The notes under the pieces were generated by a model. It was not told the DNA's origin and did not search any database. It was given only the letters and a program-made list of their open reading frames with translations. Below are positions 11,887 through 21,171 of a stretch of DNA of 64,000 nucleotides, piece by piece (within the stretch, counting starts at the first letter, position 1; each line of letters begins with the position of its first letter). Source of the stretch: Paramoeba atlantica (taxonomy: Eukaryota; Protista; Discosea); the NCBI GenBank assembly GCA_977017575.1, contig CDRNVI010000005.1, forward strand, positions 1-64,000, in the 5' to 3' direction. Made by a program: the position numbers and the translations under genes.

Positions 11887-13284
11887 TCATACCTCTGGTA
11901 CATGATCACGATATTTCATCCCGTCAATACTGAAACCTGGGATTGGATACTGACCTGCAAACCCTTCCACATCATTTCGAAGACTCTCTATCTCAGCATT
12001 CTCGGATAGCTTGGCTACAAAATCAACCAATCGTTTACCAGCACGGAGCTGAATGTCCAACGCAATCTTCACGGCGCGTTCCATAAAGACGGCAATAAGT
12101 CTCATTTCCGCTTCTTTCATTCCTCGAGAAGTAAGCGCTGGTGTCCCAATGCGAACACCACCTGGAGAAGCAGCACTTTTATCACCCACAACAGTGTTTT
12201 TATTTATGCTGATCGATGATTTTTCTAGTATCTTCTCATATTTCGAACCTGTCAGGCCTAGTGGGCGTAAATCCCAAAGTAGTAAGTGATTGTCAGTCCC
12301 ACCGGTAATCAACGTATAACCTTTATCTATCAAAGCTTTGGACAGCTCCTGAGCGTTGCGAATGATTTGGCGACTGTACTCCTTAAAATCTTCTGTGGCT
12401 ACCTCTTTCAACTGTACTGCAATGGCAGCGATAACATTTTGATGGGGACCGCCTTGAAGGCCAGGAAAGACTGCCATATTGATCCGCTGAGCAAAATTAG
12501 TTGAGTTACCATCGCGCCCGAGCTTACGGTAAAATATCATGCCAGCTCTTGGTCCACGAAGGGTTTTATGAGTTGTTGTAGTCACTATGTCACAATGTGT
12601 AAAAGGAGAGCGCAGTAATCCGCTGGCCACCAGACCTGAGACATGCGCCATATCACACATTAACAGAGATTCTGTTTTGTCCGCAATTTCCCGAAATCGT
12701 CCGTAGTCAATATCGCGTGGGTAAGCGGATCCACCGCAAATAATTACTTTTGGAAGGTATATTTCAGCAATTTTCTTCAATTCTTCGTAGTCAATGATTC
12801 CATCAGAATCAAGGGAATACGGAAGCGATTCAAAAAATATTGAGGTCGCACTGATTCGCTTTTTAGCTGTATAGTAGCCATGTGTAAGATGTCCCCCCGC
12901 AGGAAGATCCATACCCATGATACGGTCATGTGGTTGTAAAAGGCCAGTGTACACGGCGAAATTGGCCGGTGATCCAGAATAAGGTTGAACATTGACCCCC
13001 CACTCCTTCGCATCCAAATGAAATGCCTCCAACGCACGTGATTGGCACAGTCCTTCGATTTGGTCAATAAATTGTGTTCCTCCGTAATATCTAGCTCCGA
13101 TCTCCCCTTCAGCATACTTATTAGTTAGATGTGAACCTAAACATTCTAGCACTGCTGATGAAGTAAAGTTCTCGGACGCAATCATCTCCAAACCGAAGTA
13201 CTGCCGCGCTTTTTCTTTTTCAAGAATGTCATAGACTGCGGAATCTTGCTCTTGTAACAGTCGATTTTGGGGTAACTTTTTCAT
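11887..13284 (-). CDS. SHMT: Serine hydroxymethyltransferase, 465 aa, intronless, no evident targeting presequence
   Basis: [31 protein letters not shown]-lysine motif [22 protein letters not shown]. Confidence 0.98.
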   Translation of the reverse strand: MKKLPQNRLLQEQDSAVYDILEKEKARQYFGLEMIASENFTSSAVLECLGSHLTNKYAEGEIGARYYGGTQFIDQIEGLCQSRALEAFHLDAKEWGVNVQPYSGSPANFAVYTGLLQPHDRIMGMDLPAGGHLTHGYYTAKKRISATSIFFESLPYSLDSDGIIDYEELKKIAEIYLPKVIICGGSAYPRDIDYGRFREIADKTESLLMCDMAHVSGLVASGLLRSPFTHCDIVTTTTHKTLRGPRAGMIFYRKLGRDGNSTNFAQRINMAVFPGLQGGPHQNVIAAIAVQLKEVATEDFKEYSRQIIRNAQELSKALIDKGYTLITGGTDNHLLLWDLRPLGLTGSKYEKILEKSSISINKNTVVGDKSAASPGGVRIGTPALTSRGMKEAEMRLIAVFMERAVKIALDIQLRAGKRLVDFVAKLSENAEIESLRNDVEGFAGQYPIPGFSIDGMKYRDHVPEV

Positions 13285-13499
13285 TAAGGCAAGAAAGATA
13301 TGGGTAAAGAAGGCTTCAAAAATTCATGAAAAAATAATAATACAGCAACGTTAAAAAATATCTCACTGTTATGAAAAAATATTTTGTTGAGTGATTATCT
13401 TTGAAATGAAAGACCTGCGATTTTTCTTAACTTCAAGAAACTGATTTCAACGATGAGAAGTGACTCGTCCGATGAGGCTTCCGAGTACAGCTCTTTTGA

Positions 13500-13670
13500 C
13501 TCTTCTTCCTCCTCCTCCTCCTCCTCCTCCTCTTCTTCTTCTTCTTCTTCCTCTTCTTCTCCTTTCTTCTTCTTCTTCTTCTTCTTCTTCTTCTTCTTCT
13601 TCTTCTTCTTCTTCTTCTTCTTCTTCTTCTTCTTCTTCTTCTTCTTCTTCTTCTTCTTCTTCTTCCTCTT
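13500..13670. repeat. (TCT)n/(TCC)n trinucleotide repeat
   Basis: Read directly. Confidence 0.98.
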
Positions 13671-13808
13671 CTGTGTGTGAGTGTGAAACAGATGAAGATT
13701 GGAGCCCCTCTGATTTTTCTGAGGATTCCTTCACGAGCGACGAGGAACCGTTTTTACTTCCCGACATACGTTACAGGCTCGAGGGGATAAAAAAATCAGG
13801 GGGAGGGG

Positions 13809-15055
13809 GGGGGGCGTTCGATGAGTACTCACCGAACGGGCAGCCCGTTCGATGAGTACTCACTGAACGGGCAGCCCCTTCGGTGAGTAATTTGCAGAAC
13901 CAGTCAGGGCAGAATCAGTCAGGGCATTCGACTTTTGTCGGATGATGGGGCGTAGCGACCCCAGCTTCCCTAGCTAACTCACCCGGCGTCGCACAACAAG
14001 ACGCTACATACCTAGGGTGGGTACGATCAAGGTCCCGAGGATGACACTACCCGGTGCCAGCAAAACAAGGCACAAATTAACTAGGGTAACGGTCACCCAG
14101 ACATCGCAGCGTGAGAATGACACCGCCCGGTACCGGTTATAACAAGGTACTAAGGAACTAGGGCGGGTGTCATTCAGCATAATCTTTGGAGTGTTTTTTC
14201 ACTTCAAAAGAAGTGTTTTTTAATAAAGAATATTTTCTTGTAGTATATAAAAGGGGTTAAAAAAAGATAAGCTGGCTGCTCGCGCTCGATCTGGTCAAAT
14301 CTTCGGATTTGACTTGCGTGCTGCGTGGCACAGCTCCTAGCAAGCGATAAGGGGGGGCTTGTTCTAGGGAGGTAACATCTCCTCGGAGATATAATGCCTA
14401 TTAATCATCATCAATTTGCAGAACGACCCGTTCGAAGAGTACTCATCGAACGGGACGCCCTGTTGCTTGAGAAAAATAATTTGCTGCAACATTTTGGGGG
14501 AAAAACGTGCATTAAACGCGCGTCATGGAATTCGATCGACTTGAGGAGGCTGTACAGAAACTGAATCTTTACGGCAGATAGCTGTATTCGTACCCCCCTT
14601 TTCAGCTCACAGTTGGGCCTTGCCTCTAGACAGGTAAACTAGGTGTCGCAGCATAGGAAAACGAGTTCACAATCCTGCGGAAGTGCCAGACATAGGTTCT
14701 CAGTGCGCGACCCGCGCGCTGGAGCGCGCGGGTCGCCAAAAAATATAATTATGTCCCAGGGCTACGCTCAAAGTTGGGCCTTGCTCGCAAACGGGGGCTT
14801 TTGCCTCCAGAAGTGGGCTACGCTCACAGTTGGGCTTTACCTCCATACACATAAACTAGGACGCAACTGTCGCATCTGGAAAAGCATTAAACGTTCTTTT
14901 TGTGGTTGACCGTCGATTCAATGAATTACTCACGGAACGGACAGCCCATTCCGTGAGTTTCATCGAACGGGACGTTACTCACCGAAGGGGCTGCCCGTTC
15001 AGTGAGTACTCATCGAACGGCTGCCCGTTCGGTGAGTAATCATCGAACGCCCCCC
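13809..15055. mobile_element. Non-autonomous ~1.25-kb element with ~80-bp TIRs built from palindromes
   Basis: 13809..13889 is the near-perfect reverse complement of 14976..15055; no coding capacity; TSD not resolved. Confidence 0.75.
13980..14175 (+). ncRNA. Three copies (13980-14019, 14048-14088, 14115-14175) of a conserved hairpin with a 1x10 internal loop
   Basis: CCC-G-[5-bp stem, ~10-nt loop]-YAANNAACTA-GGG with compensatory stem changes; function unknown. Confidence 0.7.
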
Positions 15056-15298
15056 TGGCCAAAATCAGTTCCAGGTGAGCCAGAAGCATCACACTACTCT
15101 TCACCCTCATCACTATGGTCTTCCGAATCAACGGCGTCGTTTTATTTAGCTACTGTAGAGCCGGAAGCGTCTGTAAGTTACGACGCTTAAGTACATGTAT
15201 CGGACAATGTGATGATGGGCATATCTATTGATTATAAGGTCGGGGCGTCCGATTAACACCGGACGATGGGACTTAGCGATCCCAGCCTCCCGAGCTAA

Positions 15299-15337
15299 GG
15301 CCGGCGCTAGCAAAACAAAGCGCTAAATAACTAGGCC
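15299..15337 (+). ncRNA. Copy of the 1x10-loop hairpin
   Basis: GGCC-G-GCGCT AGCAAAACAA AGCGC-TAAATAACTA-GGCC. Confidence 0.7.
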
Positions 15338-15903
15338 CGTTCAGGGCACTGGTCGTCCCACCGGGATCTCTAGTGAACGAGTGCGTCCTCACTCAACGTC
15401 CCTTGATGAGTCCTCGGTGGTGAGATTCTGACGCCTGTACTCTTCCGGAAACGGAGAGGATGCTCAGCCCCACTTAAAAAGACACTCAGGCCGACGTAGA
15501 GGTATCTCTGTAACGGAGATTCCTGCTACGATCCCATAGCCCTAGTCGGCCAAACGGGATATCTTATCTTATCAGGAGCTGGTGCACGGTGGGGGAAACA
15601 AGGGAGTTTCCTCTGGGGTGAAGGGGGGCATAGAGGGGGTATGTTTATGGGCTGGTGGGTTGGGTTGGGTTGGGTTGGGACAGAGAGATATGGCTCCCTA
15701 GTTTCAGCCTAGGTGCGCTGTGCGGATGCCGATGCTCGAAGCATCTGTGCCGACATGAGAGTACCTCAACCATAGAAGGCACACATCTGACTTATCCCCC
15801 TATAAGCCAATAATTACAGCTCCAGGGTAGGAGGGGTTCGCTACTCCCCAGCGTGGTTTAACAAGTTAATCCACGACCCTGCCTTAATTTTTTTGTGCGG
15901 ATG

Positions 15904-15946
15904 CCACCCTAGTTTCTTGACGTCTTGTTGTGTTGACGCCGTGTAG
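15904..15946 (-). ncRNA. Copy of the 1x10-loop hairpin (second minus-strand copy at 16635-16690)
   Basis: GCGTC AACACAACAA GACGT CAAGAAACTA GG on the minus strand at both sites. Confidence 0.65.
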
Positions 15947-15974
15947 GTCCACACTATGGCGATGGAGAAAGAGG

Positions 15975-16265
15975 TGGGGAGCGCGGCGGAGAGCGAAGCG
16001 GAGAGTGAGGCGGGCAGCGCGGCGGGAGCGCGGCAGGAGCGCGGCGGGAGAGCGGCGGGAGAGCAGCGGGAGAGCGGCGGGAGAGCGGCGGGAGCGCGGC
16101 GGGAGAGTGGCGGGAGAGCGGCGGGAGAGCGGCGGGAGAGCGGCGGGAGCGCGGCGGGAGAGCGGTGGGAGAGCGGCGGGAGCGCGGCGGGAGCGCGGCG
16201 GGAGAGTGGCGGGAGAGCGGCGGGAGAGCGGTGGGAGAGCGCGGCGGGGGGCACGGCGGGGAGCA
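15975..16265. repeat. GC-rich ~11-bp repeat (GGCGGGAGAGC-like); related tracts at ~19870-20000 and ~20640-20760
   Basis: Read directly. Confidence 0.85.
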
Positions 16266-17141
16266 CGGCGGAAAGACGGCGAAGGGCACGGCGAACGGGG
16301 GTGAAGGGGTACATGGGGCGGGGAGCTCGGCAGAGAGCGAAGCAGGGAGTGAGGGAACAAGGTACAGGTACAACAAAAAGGGGGTGTTTAACAAAAAGCG
16401 GTTGGTTGGTTGGTTCACAGAGCAGTTTGTCTCCGAGGAGATATGGCTCCCTAGTGCGGATGCCGATGCTCGAAGCATCTGTGCCGACATGAGAGTACCT
16501 CAACCATAGAAGGCACACATCCGACTTATCCTCCTATAAAAGGAAGCCAATGATTACAGCTCCAGGGTAGGAGGGGTTCGCTACTCCCCAGCTTGGTTTA
16601 ACAAGTTAATCCACGACCCTGCCTTAAATTTTTTGTGGATACTAGCCTAGTTTCTTGACGTCTTGTTGTGTTGACGCCGGGTAGATCCACACCATGGGCG
16701 CGGCGGAGATCAAGGCGGGGAGCGAGGTGGGAGTGAGGCGGTTGGACAGCGGGGAGGGCAGCAGGGAGCACGGGGGGAACGGCGTCGGGGTTTTTTTTTC
16801 CTACATGGAGAAAATCTTTGCCTCAACCGCCTCGACCGCCACCCGGTGTCCAACCGGCAGGCTTTTCTTGGTCGAGTGAGCTGGCCACCTTCCAGTGGCA
16901 AATGAACGGGTGTTTCCACCCACGCACCTCAGGGGAGACACCCCATTACAGGGTAGTGCGAGACTTGCATACCAGAGTTTCGTTGAATCTCGGATTGCGT
17001 CAGAGACTCTGGTAGCTCACTCGCTAAAAACTCCACTGCTCCGGATTGTTAGTCCAGGAGCGCTCCTAGCGTGGAGAAACGAAGGGTCTTGCCTAGAAAA
17101 AAGGATCTAGTCCCTTCGCTTCTCCGGGAGATGGGGAGGGG

Positions 17142-18010
17142 AAAGGGGGTATTAAACAAAAGGAGGTATTAAACGAAAAGGGGGTATTAAACAAAAAGGG
17201 TGTATTAATCAAAAAGGGGGTATTAATCAAAAAGGGGGTATTAATCAAAAAGGGGGTATTAAACAAAAAGGGGGTATTAAACAAAAAGGGGGTATTAAAC
17301 AAAAAGGGGGTATTAAACAAAAAGGGGGTATTAAACAAAAAGGGGGTATTAAACAAAAAGGGGGTATTAAACAAAAAGGGGGTATTAAACAAAAAGGGGA
17401 TATAAACAAAAGGGGGTATTAAACAAAAAGGGGGTATTAAACAAAAAGGGGGTATTAAACAAAAAGGGGGTATTAAACAAAAAGGGGGTATTAAAAAAAA
17501 GGGGGTATTAAAGAAAAGCGGGGTATTAAAAAAAAGGGGGGTATTAAACAAAAAGGGGGTATTAAACAAAAAGGGGGTATTAAACAAAAAGGGGGTATTA
17601 AACAAAAAGGGGGTATTAAACAAAAAGGGGGTATTAAACAAAAAGGGGGTATTAAACAAAAAGGGGGTATAAACAAAAAGGGGGTATAAACAAAAAGGGG
17701 GTATTAAACAAAAAGGGGGTATTAAACAAAAAGGGGGGTATTAAACAAAAAGGGGGTATTAAACAAAAAGGGGGTATTAAACAAAAAGGGGGTATTAAAC
17801 AAAAACGGGGTATTAAACAAAAAGGGGATATTAAACAAAAAGGGGGTATTAAAGAAAAGGGGGGTATTAAAAAAAAGGGGGGTATTAAACAAAAAGGGGG
17901 TATTAAACAAAAAGGGGGTATTAAACAAAAAGGGGGTATTAAACAAAAAGGGGGTATTAAACAAAAAGGGGGTATTAAACAAAAAGGGGGTATTAAACAA
18001 AAAGGGGGCA
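17142..18010. repeat. 18-bp satellite (AAACAAAAAGGGGGTATT)n, ~48 units; short arrays at 18477-18576 and 19793-19838
   Basis: Read directly. Confidence 0.97.
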
Positions 18011-19024
18011 TTATACAGAAATTCACGTCGTCTTTTCCCTTCCCGACATAGAATCAATAAATTAGGTAAATAACACATGAAACTTGAATAAAATCAACAT
18101 TCACAAAATACACTTACTCTAAATCCCTTATTCCTTAATACGCCTTCCCTCATATTCGTCTTTCATACTATAGTATAATCCTTATTCCAAATTCAAGTAA
18201 CTTACGAATGGGCATTGCCCACCAACCCGCGAAATGGCTGGGGGTTGGTGGGTGGGAACGATTTTGTAACTGTTTGAAATTGAATGTCTCTATAACACAA
18301 GAAATAATATTTGATATAATCCGATCAAACTAGAAAATTCAATAATAACTAGATCAAATAAAACATTCCCTCCGATAATTTATTATTAAGATCATAGTAA
18401 TCATACTATGTGCCCCGAAGGGCCACCACTCATCACGTATAATAAAAGTCGTCTAAATTTCAAATCGTATACTAATAAAAAGGGGGTATTAAACAAAAAG
18501 GGGGTATTAAACAAAAAGGGGGTATTAAACAAAATGGGGGTATTAAACAAAAAGGGGGTATTAAACAAAAAGGGGGCGCTCCACGGGCACTTCCGTGAGT
18601 TTTTGAGACACTTCGATGATTTCTCATCGAAGTGCCTACGTGTCACAGGGTGACTCATCGAAACGTCAATCTTCTCATCGAAGGTGATTTTAATTGCTTT
18701 GGAAAGAAAAAAATCGAGAACATGAAAATAAGAAAGCGGCGACACTGAGAATCTGTGTCTGCCACTTCCGCAGGTTTGTGTATTTGTTTTCCTATACTAC
18801 GACACCTAGTTTACGTGTCTGGAGGCAAGGCCCAACTTTGAGCGAAGCCCACTTCTGGAGGCAAAAGCCCCCGTTTGCGAGCAAGGCCCAACTGTGAGCG
18901 TAGCCCTGGGACAGAATTATATTTTTTGGCGACCCGCGCGCTCCAGCGCGCGGGTCGCGCACTGAGAACCTATGTCTGGCACTTCCGCAGGATTGCGTAT
19001 TTGTTTTCCTATACTTCGAGACCT

Positions 19025-19159
19025 GGATGACACTACCCGGTGCCAGTAAAACGAGGCACTAAATAATTAGGGTGGATGTCATTCTGGCAACGTAGAATGG
19101 GTGGCACCGCCCGGTACCGAATATAACAAGGTACTAAGAAACTAGGGTGGGTGCCATTC
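19025..19159 (+). ncRNA. Two tandem copies of the 1x10-loop hairpin with long outer stems
   Basis: GGATGACACTACCC...GGGTGGATGTCATTC and GGCACCGCCC...GGGTGGGTGCC. Confidence 0.7.
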
Positions 19160-19298
19160 GGGCTAATCTTTGGAATGTGTTTGTGTTTTTTTTATCCACC
19201 CTCAAAAGATAGAGTGGTTTTTTTTGGTCAAGGGGCGCCTTATTTGCATTACCTAAGGCGCAGGGGTATAGCGCACCTCACCTCCCTAGCTGTAACCT

Positions 19299-19391
19299 AA
19301 CTCCTCTCCAAGCGGAGGTCAACCGTAGCTTGCTATGGCTGGCTCTCCGGATACGTCGCAAGACGTATTCGGACTGCCCGTTTGGGGAGTT
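19299..19391 (+). ncRNA. 93-nt three-way-junction RNA-like element (second copy 21045-21137)
   Basis: Closing stem AACTCC/GGAGTT plus CCAAGCGG/CCGTTTGG; CUUG- and GCAA-capped arms. Confidence 0.55.
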
Positions 19392-20453
19392 GAGGGGCCA
19401 TAACTTTTCGGAGTCAAAAGGCCCAATACATCATGTGCACGCGAAGCTCTTTTGAATAGTTTTGTGCGTTTCGTAGACAGCGAAATGCGTCGCACTCAAG
19501 AACAAGAGGAAGAAGAAGAGTTACCTCGCACTCCAGAGGAATTACGAACTCCTGGTGCCTGGGATGACAGACTTATTTTTAGCCCCTTGGTTGGGGCCGA
19601 AGCTGCTGCACGTACTTTGCTTCCGTCAGTTCGTGTATGTCCAGGTTGTGCTGAGTTTGCTCCCGAGTCGAAAATGCAGCTACCACCTCAAAAGTAATTA
19701 AAATCACCTTCGATGAGTTTCTTTCGTTTCGATGATTTTCGTTTTGACACGTGGGCGTTTCGATGAGTACTCACGGAAGTGTCCTCGTACCCAAAGGGGG
19801 TATTAAACAAAAAGGGGGTATTAAACAAAAAGGGGGTATACGGGCAAAGGGGGTACGGCGTCAGGGTGCACGCCGGGGCGCACGACGGGGAGAACGGCGG
19901 GGCGCACTGCGGGGAGCACGACGGGGCGCACGGCGGGCTGAACGGCGGGGCGCACGGCGGGGAACACGGCGGGGAGGGCGGTGGGGAGCACGGCCGGCAG
20001 TCTGCGAAAGGCGCGGTGAAAGGGGGGTGAAGGGGGGAAGGGGTACATGGGGTAGATAGGTCTTAACAAAAGTCAACAACAAGCAACAAGGTACAGAATC
20101 AAAACAAGAACAAGGTACCAGATGGGCTGGTGGGTGGGGCAGAAAAGTCGACAAGGGACCAACAAGGTAGCGGATTTTATGCCCTTGTAAAGATGAATTA
20201 CCCTGTTAAAATGTAAAAAAAAAAATTCCCAAGATCCATTTTATAATAAATAAAATAAATTACTTCAACACACCCGTCAAAAATCTTCAGATCGATCTCT
20301 CTTACTGTTTTACCCCCCTGTATAGTCACTTGCCTCAAACGTATGTAAGGCGCGCTCGACCGCCAAAATTTCCGGTTTGTTTATTTCATAGGGTTCTTCC
20401 CATAAGCTGCCTGTGGCCGTCATTGGGTCTATTGAAGGGAATAATACTGCGCC

Positions 20454-20495
20454 CCTTGTTGTTTTCTGTACCTTGTTGGGTTCTGTACCTTGTTG
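20454..20495 (+). other. Tandem truncated SL relics (minus-strand cluster at 20070-20170)
   Basis: CCTTGTTG-TTTTCTGTACCTTGTTG-GG-TTCTGTACCTTGTTG. Confidence 0.75.
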
Positions 20496-20861
20496 ATTTG
20501 TCCCCCCCCACTGCTATTTCCATTGTCCCCCCCGCCGCTCTCCCCGCCGCGGGGAGACCCCTCCTGGACGAAAGAAGAAATCGCCCTCCCGCACCGTCCT
20601 CCGGGTCGCCCTTCCGGTTGCCCTCCTCGACGCCCCCCATTATGACCCCTTTGCCTGCCGCGCTCCCAGCCGCGCTCCCCGCCAGGTTCCTCGCCGCGCA
20701 TCCCGCCGTCCTTCCCGCCGCCCTTCCCGCCACCCTTCCCGCCGCCGTTCCCGCCGCTCTTCCCGTTCTCCACATCGCTCTCTCCCTCCGCTGCGCTATT
20801 TACTGCGCTCCCCGCCCCGCTCCCTCTCACCGGCCCCTTCCTTGTCTCACTGTCCCATGTT

Positions 20862-20917
20862 GTGGAGCTACCCGGCGTCAGTAAAACAAGACGTCAAAAA
20901 ACTAGGGTAGTATCCAC
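20862..20917 (+). ncRNA. Copy of the 1x10-loop hairpin
   Basis: GTGGAGCTACCC-G-GCGTC AGTAAAACAA GACGT-CAAAAAACTA-GGGTAGTATCCAC. Confidence 0.7.
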
Positions 20918-21171
20918 GCAACAATTCAAATTTAGGCAGGGTAGTGGATTAACTTGTTAAACCACGCTGGGGAGTAGCGAACCCCTCCTACCCTGGAGCT
21001 GTTAATTATTGGCTTCCTTCATTGGAGGATAATATTGGAAAACTAACTCCTCTCCAAGCGGAGGTCAGCCATAGCTTGCTATGGCTGTCTCTCCGGATAC
21101 GTCGCAAGACGTATTCAGACTGCCCGTTTGGGGAGTTGAGGGGCCATAACTTTTCGGAGTCAAAAGGCCCA

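Larger units (their letters stand above)
18577..19792. mobile_element. Non-autonomous ~1.2-kb TIR element inserted in the 18-bp satellite
   Basis: Imperfect ~110-bp TIRs (CTCATCGAAGGTGATTTTAATT / AATTAAAATCACCTTCGATGAG); shares an inverted ~300-bp block and two hairpins with 13809..15055. Confidence 0.7.

Noticed and set aside
13447-13855. Poly-Glu, poly-Ser and poly-Phe ORFs
   Set aside because: Translation of the (TCT)n tract
13980-14019. Hairpin motif as a Helitron 3' end or a known ribozyme
   Set aside because: CTAG is followed by G and belongs to a covarying outer stem; no HDV P2/P3 partner, no CUGANGA/GAAA core, and no twister or pistol pseudoknot could be fitted
15655-15680. (TTGGG)4 as a telomeric repeat
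   Set aside because: Only four units, internal, and not TTAGGG; similar G-rich tails belong to dispersed repeats
15841-16518. Pro/Arg/Ala-rich ORFs here and at ~19750-20880
   Set aside because: GC-rich short tandem repeats with no domain signal
17093-18078. FNTPFL/CLIPPF repeat ORFs
   Set aside because: Translation of the 18-bp satellite
20159-20170. CTACCTTGTTG|GT on the minus strand as an SL RNA gene donor site
   Set aside because: Only the last ~9 nt match the exon, and no recognisable SL intron or Sm site follows; no true SL RNA gene was found in the window
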